In this document: positions 22,230 to 35,862 of the stretch, piece by piece | Layout of the letters: every line of letters begins with the position of its first letter | Position numbering within the stretch: position 1 is the first letter of the stretch | Assembly (NCBI GenBank): GCA_030704615.1 | Contig: CM060734.1 | Span: 34,782,001-34,846,000 of the forward strand | Direction of reading: 5' to 3' | Source: Takakia lepidozioides | Lineage: Eukaryota; Plantae; Bryophyta | DNA: 64,000 nucleotides | Made by a program: the position numbers and the translations under genes | Notes under the pieces: model-generated | Told to the model about the DNA's origin: nothing | Database searches by the model: none | Seen by the model: only the letters and a program-made list of their open reading frames with translations

Positions 22230-25200
22230 AAGGATGTTTTCTTGGAAAGATGCGAGTGTCTTGCTTCATTCATTGATCTGTGTAGCTACTCAGTCATCCA
22301 CCATTTCCTGAGAGTATTGACCATGATGGACTGTTGAGTCATAGAGGATTGGTCATAGACGCCTGTTCGATCATAGGCCAACTTACCCTAGTGTTTTGGA
22401 TGGATGGGAGGCTAGTGATGAATTGAGAATCCCCAGAGTTGTCGACGTTGATCTTATAAGGTAAAATTGGGGGGCTCTACTCTTCCCACCACGAGAACTA
22501 AACAGGGCCACTCACCCCGTCAGTCCAATGCGACCGCATCATGCCGCTGCAGTGGAAGTGAAAATGACATGGGCGGCCACACCCGACTTTCACTTAGCAC
22601 ATGCTTCATCCCCTAAGTGACTCCCTGTTCATTTGTGCATGATTGCGGGAGATAGCATCCTGTGTAGGCCACGCGTCCAAGCACCTGCACTTTGCCATCC
22701 CTCACTGAGCTACACCATGTTCAACGGTTTTAATCTGGTCAACGCTTCCCTACATTAATTTCACCGTAGGCAGTCCTCACGACTCTGTATTCTACCAATG
22801 ATGTTCTAAACTAGTCTGTCATGCACTCTCAAGGCCGTCATTTCTGCGCTATTTCTACATATTGAGTACTCTGAGATCTGTCTGAACCTTGCTCCAACTT
22901 ACAGCGTTCACGCTATGCAAAGACAGGTGACACATTGTGTACAAATCTAGTGTTTTCACTTCTCTCATTGCTTCATAATACATGACGATCATACAACCCA
23001 TGATGAGATTCACTCTGTGGCTAAGTGACCAATCCCGTTACTAATTATCTCACACAATCCACGGTATTTACTGCTCTACATCACGCTGTGTTCTCTTGGT
23101 CTACAATCTGTTTTGGTCTAAAACAGTAGTGGTGCCACCTCGGTTGGTCTCTAACTACCCTTCTTTCTCATCATCTACAGTGCTATAGTCACCGCTCACT
23201 TTTTTTGTTCATGGTTTCAACTTGTTCAATTTTCTTTTGTTATAATCTACTAAATGGAACGGTCAAAAGTGCTACAATTTTCTGAGGACCTTCAAGTAGT
23301 AGGTAGGGATGGAATGGAACGGTTCATCCAGCTGGATGTAAGGGGGCAGGAAGTTACAGCTCAGCAATGGAGGGTATGGCCCACTTTTTGGGAAAACTCC
23401 CAAAAGTTAGCTAGTCCTTTAGGGGTTAAGGGGAAGTGTTTCGAGATGGGAGGGGTAACAGTAATGGTAGTGTAGTTTTTGCGGATCTTTGATGTGGGGA
23501 GGCGCAAAAGATTGAGCATATCGGCTTTGTGATTGCAATTGTTTTTTTTTACCTTTTGTATATTGCCCTCAATCTGGTGTTTTTTCTCAGCTTTGAATGG
23601 AGTATGATGAATGTTGGGGTATACCATACCATTGTACATGCTGACCTAGTATGTCATTTGAGTTTTTGCCATACCCATGCCTAGGACCAAGTATCTCAAA
23701 ATTGGAAATACCGATATCCATCCTATAACCTACCTTGGCCAGTCCTAATCCTATCAGTTGGACCCAACAGTCAAGTTGGGCCTACCAGGACCAATCTGGT
23801 ATGCCAAAATGGACATACCAGTACAACACTGTTATTCCCTTAATAAGTAATACTAACTTAGTAGTAAGTAACTAGTACTAACTTAGTAAGTAGTAAGAGG
23901 GGCCGTGGAAGAGAGCGACGCTGAGCGGCCGCCGAGGAAACTTGTAGTAGGGGATGGTGATTAGTCGTGTACACATATCGTGGCCCCTATTGTGGCACCG
24001 GTAGGGCTTGGTGATTAGGGTTTAGGTTTTAGGCTGAATGTGCCAATGTACATATATTTTTTGGATGCAAATGGAGCAATTCCCAACCATTGTATATTAA
24101 ATGAATTGTGAATGTATTTATAGATCCAAGTACAAGAGCAAATGAGGTCAACGAACCCTCCAAGGGGCACGTGATTCTTCTCCTTTATATACCCGATTGC
24201 TACTCCATGAGCCCATGAGCGGGCATGCAACTCACTACCAATAACGACAGATTTTTTAAGGAAAAAAAATATTAAAAAAAATTATATATATATTTTGGCA
24301 ATAAAGATCTGATTTTCGAACATTTTCGCGCTCATGGTCCAAATACTTCGCTCATGGGTAATAGTATCCGTTCACGAGCTCTTGCCTCCGCTCATGGACC
24401 GCCATCCAAGCTCATGGGAAACAGCAATTACAGCAATAACGACGTCCCAATAGCCCCATGGGAATACCCTTCCGTGGAATTAGAATTGGGGTTTCCAAAC
24501 TTCCAACACGTACTGTGGACATGTAACCGTGGAGAGCACTTTTCCCGCAATGGGTAAGGTTCCTGATAACGGCGCCGAAATTGGGCACCTATATCCACAA
24601 GGTGTTGGTTGATTTGGCTGCAGTGAAGGCATTATAATGGCGCCGAAATACAGGACGGTTGACCCAAAAACGGGGCCAGGGACTGGCAAATGCAAACTAT
24701 GCTGAAACTTGTGGCGTATAACAATAGATGTACCGACATATGCGAGGAATTGTGAGTTTTGCCCCATACCAGGTTGGCGGTGGAGCAATGATACCAATGA
24801 CATCTACTTCCGTCGCCCTCAGTTTCATTCCGCTCTGCTCGTTACTCCACTACACATCTCTTCTCTACAGAGTGTCTTCTTAGTTTGTCCCGAGGCCATG
24901 ATGTGCCCAAATCCTGCTAGCTGCGTGTATCGAGGGCGCAACGCTAGACTCATCACACCGAAATCAAACAGCGTCATTGTTTTATTGGATGTTTACAAGG
25001 ATGATCATCCCGATAGACGGTATGTTCAGTTGAGAGCTATGGAGTTTCTTCCAGGATTGCACGAATCCCCAGGACCTCGTCTGGCGAGTAGGTGATTCCT
25101 CCGCATCATGGACTTGGACCTTCCGCATGACCCGGAGCCGAACAGACAACACACAGCCTTGCTATATCGCTGGAACTGTTGTCAGTGGACGTATGATGAG

Positions 25201-25789
25201 TGCATAGGTGAGCTCTATACGCGTGGACGGACTCACTCGCAAACACAGTATGGGGACAATATTCTCCTGGCGTATGAGGATGAGCGGCAGGGGAACATAG
25301 GGCCAACACAGTGACAATGTCATTGTACACGGTGGCGCTATTAATGGACATGACATCGTAGTTAGTTTCACGAAGGGGACAGAAACCTCTGACATTGTAT
25401 TCACATGGCAAAGCTCGGTCACTCATAGACTCGTTGAGAGGCCAATTCAATTTCCTTCTAGTTGGCAGATGTAACCGTAGCCGCCCTTCTTACATGTGTA
25501 GAATAGACATGTTCTTTCTCCCAGACAGACATGCATATAGATTCTGCAGCAGAAGCAGCGTAGCCTTCCATCTGAGATCTGGAGAATAGACATGCTTGGA
25601 CAATGGTTTGTAAACGGATTTTGCAATCGAGCACAACAATTTTTGGGACGTGTGGTCTGTGTATGGGAATTGTTTGTGTGGACAAGGTACAATATGTGAA
25701 TGTAGTAATCATTAATACTAGGCACCATGGACATTGGAACAACACACTTGTAATCCATTAAAGGCACTACATTTGGCAAAACATGGTCA

Positions 25790-26570
25790 TAACATTGGAA
25801 GCAAAAGTGAGTTCAGGGATAAAGGCGCCAAAATATGCCACGATGGGCCCCTACATCTCCAAAAAATGAATGCTTCATACTGTTCCATTAACAGACAAAA
25901 CCAGAATTGAAGGCATGCTTATTGGAAACATGCTGCAGAAGGACGCTTCTCATATTACGACACCGTAATAGGGCAGACGATGGAAACACAACGGCACGAA
26001 TGTATAGTTTTTTGCCAACAGTCATGCGTGTTGCGGGATAAAGGTCACAAAATTGGGTCACAATATGAAATCCACAAGTTTCATAAGGATAAAGACACCG
26101 AAATCTCCAAAAATGTATGTTGTGCACTGATCCATTAACAAACAAATGCAGAATTAAAGGCATGCTGATTAGAAACAGGGTGAAAGGGGCAATTCTCCTA
26201 TTACGACACTGTAATAGGGCAGATGATGGAAACACGATGGGACCAAATCTTTGTTGCAAATATTAGACATGCGTGCCATGGAATGAAGGTCACAATATGA
26301 AGTCCAGAAGTTTCAGAGGGATAATTGAAGGTGTGCCGAAATAGGCCACAATGGGCCCCTGCATCTCCACAAAATGAATGCTTTGCACTAATCCATTAAC
26401 AGTCAAAACCAGAATATTGGAAACAGGCTGAAAGGGGACACTTCTCCTATTACGGCACCGTAATAGGGCAGTCCATGGAAACATGACGGCACCAAATGTA
26501 TAGTTGTTGCCAAAAGACAAGCGTGCAACGAGATGAAGGTCGCAAAATTAGGTCACAATATGAGGTCCAA
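25790..26570. repeat. ~247-bp degenerate tandem repeat (3 copies) with an internal hairpin
   Basis: tattacg(a/g)cac(c/t)gtaatagggcag..atggaaaca occurs at ~25953, ~26199 and ~26449. Confidence 0.8.
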
Positions 26571-26781
26571 ATATAATTTATTTTGATCAGGCACTTTTTT
26601 TCCGAATTAATTTCTGCCTAACCGGCTATCCCACTACATTATACCCTTTCAGTGTTGCTAAAATATATATTCAAAGAGTGCCTAATTTTCAAAAACTTAA
26701 ATTTAAAATTAGAACAAAAATTATTAAATAGAAAACACAAATCTAAAAATGATATCCATCTAAAATGATATTCATTTAAAA

Positions 26782-26950
26782 CGTCATCTATGGACTCAGT
26801 TTTCAATTTTCATCCATGGCAGCGGCTGAGTTTTCATTTAAAAACGTCATTCATGGACTCAGTTTTCAATTTTCATCCATGACATCGGTTGAGTTTCATT
26901 TTAAACGTCATCCATGGACTCAGTTTTCAATTTTCATCCATGGCAGCGGC
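26782..26950. repeat. ~62-bp tandem repeat (3 copies)
   Basis: cgtcat(c/t)catggactcagttttcaattttcatccatg recurs three times. Confidence 0.85.
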
Positions 26951-27306
26951 TATTATTTTATTTATTTTTTATCATTATTTTTGGTTGCCTAATTTGAAAA
27001 AATTACACGTCCAAGATGCCTATTTTTTTTTTAAATCCTCAAAAGGGCCTAACTGCCAAATGGCCCCAAAAATAATTATTAGGCAGACAAATGCCTAACC
27101 GGCTATCCCACTACGGTATGTGATGTAACACACTTTGCAGTTTCTGCATTACGATCATCGAATGTCAACCAGTTTTCCCTATATCCTGCTTGAGTCGAAC
27201 CTTGTGGAATTCGTTGCAACTCAGTGTTGGAGCGTGGATGAAGTCGTCCACAGCAGGAATGCACTTCATGCGCTTCAGATATATGTAATACAAGTATTTG
27301 CAGGGG

Positions 27307-27925
27307 AGGATTGAGTGATATCCCATTGTCCCTGCATCGGATGAAGCACTCCCGTAATGTTGCGATGTGATCATTCGCATCCCCATTGCAACAAAAATCA
27401 TCGAGAAAAATGACCAAGTTCTTCCTGACGATGTCCGAAAAAACATACGTCATGACCCTTTAGACTGTCAGAGAAACATTGCATAAACCAAAGGGCATTC
27501 TCATGTAGGCGAATGTACCCCATGGTCAAGTGAATGTGGTCTTCAACACCTCTTTCGGGTCGATCAACACCTGATTGTAACCCGAGAATCCATCCACAAA
27601 AAAATATAATTCTTTTCTTGCAACTTCCTCTACCAATGTATCGATGAATGACAAGGAAAAATGATCTTTATGTGTCACCTTGTTAAGGAGCCGGAAATCC
27701 ACGCAAACCCTTAATCCTCCGTTTTTCTTTTGGACGATTACCATGGGGGAGACCCGGGTTGATGTTTCCACTGGAAAGATGAACTCCGCTACTAACAGCT
27801 TCTCAATTTCTGCCTTGATTAGCAGCGCCAAATTAGGATTCACCCTCTTAAAGTTTTCTCGTTGTCGTCGTGATGTAGCTCCTGGAATCAAGGAGATGGA
27901 GTGCATAGCAACGTAAGAAGGTAAT
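27307..27925 (-). mobile_element. Ty3/Gypsy reverse transcriptase N-terminal fragment (inverted)
   Basis: SPMVIVQKKNGGLRVCVDFRLLN, DGFSGYNQV and IFLDDF; it ends at CRDNGISLNP. Confidence 0.9.
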
Positions 27926-28186
27926 CTTCTCTCGCTCGTCTTTGAAACTGATATCTATCCATCGTAATCCCAAAACTGATGCTCATTTCTTTCCTGCGTT
28001 CTTGTTATATATCCATCATTGGCCACCAAGTTTGGCTCGCAAGTTACTTTTCAGTCCATGTGAAGTCATTAAATGTTCAGACTCTGTTGTCCCCTTAATA
28101 ATATTTCCCACCGTCCTAATCTAGTATCTTTAAAGATTAAAATACTAGATATGAGACAAACCCACGATTTCATAAGTTGATGGTCT

Positions 28187-30496
28187 GTGATCACTTTAAT
28201 ACAAGCTTATCCCTACTCCCTTTGGAAACTTCCGATTTCACCCATCCACACAACGGAGAAGCTGGGTGAGGGGGACATGAAGGAACTGCTGGAAGCTGTC
28301 GCCCATGTGTGCAGCCCCAATGTGAGGAACCACATTGTCGCTTGCAAAAAGCGAATCGGGAGGGGATCAGATATGCAGTCAATCCTAGAAGTGAAGTGGA
28401 CATGTGGCTACGACTTCATCTACGATAGCCTCTTTCCTAGTCAAGGCTCTGAGACGGACATGTGCTTCATATTTAAAATGTCCACCTCAGGACCAGGAAA
28501 CAATGTGGACTTGGTGAACATGATGACCAGTGGAGATCTCTCAAACTGTTGGGTCATGTTTGACCGCATCAAGCAAATTACCAATCACAAATTGGATGAC
28601 AATGGGGGCACACATATACAACCCATATTACAAAAAGTCGATGACCATTGCTATTTGCAAAATGAAAGGAGAGGACACGGATTCAGAGGTGCATATGTGG
28701 CGAAGAATTAATGAGTAAATGGCGAGAGCGAAGTACTTGCTCGGCCCTCCCAATTTTAGAGGCTTCATGGCTGACAATGGGCAGGCGAACTGGGCTGCTA
28801 TCAGAAGGGTCTATGGGGATGATCCAAAGACCCCAATGGAAGGTAAGGAGAGATCATGCGGGTTTCACTTCATGCAGAGTTTGACTCAGAACACGAAAAG
28901 GTTCATGACCTCACGCCACTGACAAGCTCATATTACTATGTGTCTTGCATGGAAAAATGCCCGTAGTACCATTGATGAAGCCGAGACAGAGTTAACCACA
29001 ATACGCGCATGGTGGGTCTCTTCAGGGGCTGTGGATGTTCAAAAGATTTGCCAGAACTGCAAACCTGGCAAGTGCGTGGTGGTACTATAGATTCCGACAG
29101 TTTGAAGACTACATGCGACAGGTAGGATATTTCCACTTGTCCATTGATATCGTTTGTTGTGGCTTTCTCCACAATGAATGACAATTTGCATTTGTTTTGA
29201 ACAGGACATGAGCTTGGAGGATGACACTGATATGCCCACGACAAACATGGCCAAATCGGTCCACTCCAAGTTGGCGCGCTTCCTCTGCAGCACATCTTGT
29301 TGACATGCTGACAACAACAACAGAAGACGTTATGAGGGCCATCATGCAATAATCTGCTTACTACCAGTTTCGAGGAGGAAAGCAATGGGGAATCGGACCA
29401 GACAGATATGAGATGTTGATGAGGCGGCGCATCATTCCAAGGATCCTAGGAAATGGATAGGCAGCATTGCGAGAAACTATAAGATCGACGCTTTTACACC
29501 GTCGGGGGGACGTTCTCGAGGGTGATGTCCGCAATCTATTGATGAAGAAAAGAATGACGACATCCCAGGAGGCGGCGGGAATTCATGGAGATCAGATATG
29601 AACATTCGCACTCAACCTCAGGGCCCAACGATGTTGCCTCGGACGCCAGGTCCAAGCATGACTCCCACTCCCTCTCCGTCACAGTTGGTAGAATCACTGC
29701 TAGACAGTGTACAGCGTCGCGATGATGAGTCTGCTGCATTCATGATCGTTACCCAATATGGCAGGCCAGTCGTACCTGGAGAGATGTCTCTACCTCGTAG
29801 TACAGAATTGCTCGAACTCGACCGTCGTTTTGCGGCAAATGTTGTGTTATAATTTGTGTGGACACCAACCAAAGATGCAATGAGATGATTCGGAGGAGCT
29901 GGCCCTAGGGCTGTGTGTCTGCCCCTTGCTTCACATTTGTCTGCGCTAAGTTTGTAGACACCACTCTCAAGGAGCTCTCGTTCGGCATGACATCATGTCA
30001 CTGTGTGTTCGGCAAGCCAAAGTATGATGTACAAGGCAATGTGCCGGAACCACCAACAAGTTGGCCAGTGACAAGTGGTACATGTCTTACCCAATTGGAG
30101 GCCAACGCTCTTACAAATGCAGGTTTTCGATTGGTGGAGAGGACAAACATTCTTTTCAGCCGATCAACATTCCTCATCCTCATCCCACAACAAATCTTTC
30201 ACTCCACATATCCGCACATGACAATGTTGCACATCCGACACATCGATAGGGCAATTGAAAAGACGGCGGCTAGCATTAACAAAGGCGAACGACACCAGGA
30301 TGGCCAACGCACTTGCGATGCCATGCACAATGCAAGGTTCCGGAGATGTTCATCTCCCCGGGATGGGGCGCATATTTCAGATGTCCACAGCGGGTCCACT
30401 ACGCGCAATGACGTGTACACGATTACAGTGTCTGAGTTCCCAACCCGCAGTTGTCTATATTTCTTTCTAATGAAATCCAAGAACGGAGCTGCATCG
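28187..30496 (+). mobile_element. Second decayed MULE-SWIM transposase
   Basis: WVMFD, FRGFMADNGQANWAAIRRVY, ERSCGFHFMQSL and the SWIM start YTITVSEFPTRSC. The SWIM end PCKYLYYI is displaced to 27306 on the minus strand. Confidence 0.7.
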
Positions 30497-32030
30497 ATGA
30501 AGTGCGTTTTTGCAGTCACCTATGGACTGTTATTGGGACTATACATAATGTCTAGAGACGGCGTGGCGACAGATCCTGCCAAGGTAAGCGCCATAGTCGA
30601 ACTTCCCGCACCAGAAAATACCCTCCAAGGTGAAGGGATTTTTTGGCCACACAGGGTGGTATAGTAAATCCATGGACAAGTATGCAGCAGAGGCGCTACC
30701 TCTTACTCGCTTATTAAAGAAAAACCATGTATTTTCCAGGGATGCAAGGGTATCATAGACGTTCAAGCAACGCTTGATATCAGCCCCAGTCTTGGCGGCT
30801 CCAGATTGGAATTCACCATTCCACATATACGTTGATGCTTCACCAGTGGCAATAGGATGCGCTCTTTGCCAACCAGATGCTGAGGGTCACGATCACCTAA
30901 TATGTTTCGCCAGTCGACAGTTGATATTTGCTGAGGCAAGGTATAGCACCACGGAGCGAGGAGCTCTAGGTATGATTTATACTGTTAAGAAGTATCGGCA
31001 TTATTTACTTGAAACACCATTTACTTTCGTTGTTGATCACATGGCACTTTGGTATCTGATCAACAAACCCGACTTGACCGGAAGAATAGCCAGGTGGGTT
31101 ATTTTACTCCATGAGTTTGACTACAAGGTAGTTTATGAACCCCACAGGCTTAATGCTCAGGCTGATCCCCTCTCACGAGTTTCGGAGAAAACATGAGACG
31201 AGTCTATTGACGATGATTTTTCGGATGCATTCTTGTTTGCCATTGAGACGCTTCCTCCATGGTATGACATTACTCAATACCTCAGCACCTTGGAGTATCT
31301 ACCAAGATTGGATCAACACGCACGAAGAAGACTTTGACTGCGCATCATGAAGTTTGCCCTTGTGGGGGGACAACTTTATAGAAGAGGATTGGATGGACTC
31401 TTGAGGCGATGTGTCACCCCGGAGGAGGTTCCCCAGATTTTAGAGTCAGTTCATGACAGCATGTGTGGATGACACTTTGCAAGGCGACTCACAGTCCAGA
31501 AAGTTCTAAGGACCGGCTATTATTGGCCCTATATATTCAAAGATGCACACTTGCATGTGCGGAAGTGCGACGCTTGTCAAAGGTACGCAAAAAGGGATAA
31601 CAGGTTCGGAATGCGGTTAGTCCATACTCTCCCTCTTGCTCCGTTTGAGAAGTGGGGATTGATTATGTAGGGGAAGTGTACCCTTCATCGAGTAGGCAAA
31701 ATCGATACATTGTCGTAGCCACCGAGTATATGATAAAGTGGGCAGAGGCAAAAACAGTGAAGATGGCCAATGCCCAAGTAATTGTCGCTTCTATTTACGA
31801 ATACATCATTTCTAGGATTGGATGTCCTAGGGAGATAGTGAGTGACCAAGGGTCGCACTTTATTTACGACGTCATCGAAGAAATGATGGCCGCATTTTCT
31901 ATCAAGCATCGTAAAACTACACATTATCACCCACAAACAAGTGGGCAAGTGGACCGCTCCAACCAAACCGTGTGCAACATGTTGTCAAGACAATTCAAGA
32001 GCATAAACGGGAAAACTAGGGAAGACTAGC
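30497..32030 (+). mobile_element. Ty3/Gypsy pol remnant (RT end, RNase H, integrase)
   Basis: KCVFAVTYGLLLG..DPAKV, APVLAAPDWNSPFHIYVDAS, YSTTERGALG, GIDYVG..SDQGSHF..YHPQTSGQV, with many frameshifts. Confidence 0.9.
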
Positions 32031-32408
32031 AATGAACAAGCTAGCTAAAAGAGACAGTCAGAAGCACCAGGCAAGGTGCCCCACTGCAGAATGAGATGGG
32101 GACCGAGTGCCCACGCCAAAACAGGGAACCCCATTACCACTGCACTAGGCTCCAAAGTCCAGCTGAACCTTCGATTTGTATGAACTCAGCTTCTGATGTC
32201 GCCAATTGACATCCGGTGCCTTAGAATCAGCTGGTGATTTGCCAAGCCCTGGGGATGTTGTCATTCCAAACGACTCAAGTCAGAGATCCGGGTGTAGATG
32301 ATGCTGTCTTTAGCCCAGGTGCTGTCGAAGTCCGAGAACAGCTGATGCCTCCTCCTTTCATTACACCTGTTGGAAGCTGCAAGCAATACCAGCCACGCCT
32401 TATGGCCC

Positions 32409-34811
32409 TCAGTCATCATATCTGCATAAATTTTGCATAAGAATCGCTCTGATGCTGGGGCTATTTCCCTCCAAAACCATCTTGCACCTAGTTTTCCAGA
32501 TAGACCAGAGAGAGTAAGCTCTTAAACTTGCCCATATTGGACATGCATTCCAATAGGATCCATTTTGCAGATTAAGAAGCAACAGGTGATCCGAGATGGG
32601 CGGCAGGGCCATCCAACTCGAGTAGAAAGTAGTGATGAAGCTCCACACCCTGGAAGTGGTCTGACAATGAAGTAGACAGTGTTCGATAGCCTCGTGAGGC
32701 CCTCCTTGGCATGTCAAACAGAGCGGACTCAAGTCTGGGATGGTTATGGCCACAAGTAGAGTCTTGTTTGCTACTTTCCAAAGAAAGGCACTGACTTTTG
32801 ACGCTCTGTGTTTGGCCCAGATATCTTAATATTCCATTTCACGTTCCACTTAGCAGCAAAGCAAGATTCTCCTAGCAAGAGCTTGTACCCAAACTTGACC
32901 TTATAACCAAGGAGTGGGGTTTTCTTTCTATCCTTCCAAGTCCATTCTCCGGGATCCAGTTGCAACCTGCTGAGAGGAAAGCGTAGGAACCAAAGGAGGG
33001 AAATGTTTTTGGCCCAGGTGATCTCGTCTCCAAGGGGGGGCTTTCGGTCAGGAGAGCCCATAGCTATATCAATGACTCTGATCCTGTATGCTTCAAGCAG
33101 TGGGATCTCCCCGGCACCCACAAATTCTAGGCAACCATCAGTGGATGCTTTGAATGTAAGACCCAACCAGTTGGAGTCGGCCTTTTCCAATGCCAGGATG
33201 GCAGTGGGGGCCAGGCCTGACATGGCACCAATCCAGCATGGAAGGTCACTTTCAGCAGTATCACCTCCCAGTAGCAGGGAAGTAACTGAAGAGATTCCTT
33301 GTTTGACCAGATCCCAGCCATTGCGGATTGAAGAGGCAGTGAGGAGCGAGGAGATGGTGGGTGAATCAATAAAATCCCCTCTTTCCCAAACATTGGCCAC
33401 ATGAGAGAGCCCTTTAGATTCCCAGGTTGCCCATTTCTTATGAAAATAATTTAAATCAACACTGTTCAAATTCAAGTTTCCAAACAGTGGTTGACGTATG
33501 GCTTCCTCAAAACATGTAGGCCTTCTTTGTGCTAAAAATGGCCTAACCACAATCCATGCTGCCCATATGGAGTTCCAGGTAGGAGATCCTTTACCTTTGG
33601 ATTTTGGTGGGCCACGAAGCAACCATTTCAGGGAAGGTGCCCAAGCAACAGAGTTTGTAGGAAAGGTCCTAACCACGTGGGAATGCACCAAAGCGCATCA
33701 GGGACTGTCACCATGGAAGAGCTCAGACCTTGGAATCCATTTAGCCAGCAGGGAGGTTATCTGGGATGATAGATCAATCAATCCAAGACCTCCTTCTTTT
33801 TTTGGGTCTGCAGAGCTGAGCCCACGAGACCAGGGCTCGCTTTGAGGGTGCTTGAGGCTTGGCTCCCCAAAGAAAATTGCGCATCATAGCCTTAATCTTG
33901 TTTATGTATTTGGATCCAGGAGACCAGAGTGAAGCAAAATACCAGACAGATGCAAGCGAGATTTGGTTAAGCACAAGGGCTCTCCCAGCCAAGGAGAGCA
34001 TGGCTGAGCTCCAAAACGCTAGTTTGTTACGGAGCTTTGACAGAACAGGTTCAAATCTTTGTTCATCTATGAGACCAATACCCACTGGAAACCCTAGTAG
34101 AGTATGAGCTAAGCCTGGTTGCAACCATTTGAGCCCAATATCCTGCCCCCAAGGGGGCCCATGGTGCTTGGATGCGTTGGGGGGTAGCTCAGTCAGGAGC
34201 CCTACAGATTTATTCCAATTCACTTTAAGACCAGAGGCCAAGCAGAATAGCTGAAGAGCCTCCCGGACTCTTTCTATATTAGAGGAGCTCTTATTGTTCA
34301 ACAGCAGGGTGGTATCATCTGCATACATGGATAGCTTGACAAATGAACCCTGAACTAGTTTGAGACCCTGTATGTCCTGCCTAGCATTGAGGTAGTGTCC
34401 GAGGGCATCAGCGGCTATGATGAAAAGGTATGGGGCCAGGGGGCAACCCTGCCTCACTGATCTGAAGAGAGCAAAGGGTTTAGAGATAGCTTCATTAATT
34501 GCTACCTTGCTGGAGGCAGAGGTTAGCAGAAGCTTCACCCACTCAGAGAAGGCTGGTGGCATCCCCATTTTAGCTAGGACCTTATAGAGAAAACCCCAAT
34601 CTATGTTGTCAAAAGCTTTTTCGAAGTCTAGCATAAGGATTACTAGAGGCTGCTCTGATATTTTGGCCTCATAGATGGCCTCATTAACCAGCACCAAATT
34701 ATCCAGAATCATCCTTCCCTTAAGAAAGCATGTTTGCTCTGGCCTTATAATTCTGGACAGTACTGGCTGAAGTCTTAGAGCCAGAGCCTTAGCTATGATT
34801 TTATACGCTGT
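32409..34811 (-). mobile_element. L1/Tx1-like LINE ORF2 remnant (RT plus C-terminal zinc finger), 5'-truncated
   Basis: YKIIAKALALRL, LDFEKAFD, RQGCPLAP, YADD and CLTC..EAIEHCLLHC. Confidence 0.92.
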
Positions 34812-35081
34812 AAGTATTCCTTCCCTAGCTCTGTCTACTTGTTCATTCAAAAAACCAGTTGACTAATACGTTGTATACTGGAATGTTCAGCAAGAGATTG
34901 CGGAGGCTGGAGAGAAAGGGAAAGCAGAGTACTATGCCAAAAAAGACCCAGGGGAGCGATCCTCAAAAGGAGTGGAAGAATCTATGAACAAGGAGATGGA
35001 GGTGGCGAAGAGGCACTACATGAGAATTTGGAACGCCGACCCGACAGTGAAAGATAACCACTGCTTTCCGAAGAGTGAGAA

Positions 35082-35807
35082 TGTCGCGGCCCTTTGCCTT
35101 GAGGGCGAGGGGTCGGGACACAGAAGGGGCTGCCCCTGTGGTGGGGGCAGTAACAACGATAGGTACAAGGGCTGAAGCACCCTTGAGTGCCCAAGGCACT
35201 CAAGGAGGCAGAGGCGCTCACTAGGCGGAGCCCCGCACACCGGGTTGCGGTGCGGGTGGCTCCACAAGGGGTGGTGGTAGCTTAGCGGGACTTAGTGGGG
35301 GTGGCATAGGACTCACCATGGGGTGGAGACCTCGTGGTGGGAGTCGTGGGGAGTCTTGGGACTCATCACGGCCCAATGGGGCCGTGGTGAGTGGGCCAAG
35401 ACTCACCGCGACTCATCACCGGGAGTCGAGGGTTTTCGTGGTTGGTCGCCATAAAATGGCATGGCTGGTTGTGAAACCCCCGCGGACAGCTACAGAAGTA
35501 TATATAAGGGGAGTAGTGACCCCGAGAACGGTGCAAGCCCGTTGGTGACCAAAAACTAGTGAGTAAGCGAGCGAGCCGGAAAGCGACCAAAGAGTGGGGA
35601 GCTGTTCCGGACTGCCATCTACCAAAGGGAATTCCACTAGGCCCAAATAGGTGGAGGGTTTAGTGGGGGAGCGAAGGGGGACCGTTATGTCCCGGTGAGC
35701 AGCCGAAGCTCCAAGTTGGCCCGGCGGCCAGGTTGGGAGTCAGGCGCGCGCATCAAAGCGAGTAACTATGACTTGAAGGGGAGCTTACCGAAGTGAGGTG
35801 CGTGACA
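35082..35807 (+). repeat. 5' LTR (726 bp)
   Basis: TGTCGCGG...GTGACA, with TATA-like tatatataag at ~35499. Confidence 0.97.
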
Positions 35808-35809
35808 CT

Positions 35810-35821
35810 TGGTATCAGAGC
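35810..35821 (+). promoter_or_regulatory. Primer-binding site (tRNA-iMet)
   Basis: TGGTATCAGAGC, 2 nt after the 5' LTR. Confidence 0.95.
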
Positions 35822-35862
35822 TTAGAGTTCAGTACGCGATCGTCCTTGGGATTGGCCTCATC

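Noticed and set aside
26631-27114. CACTA element termini (CACTAC)
   Set aside because: Both copies are in direct orientation; no matching TAGTG end with a 3-bp TSD and no CACTA transposase was identified.
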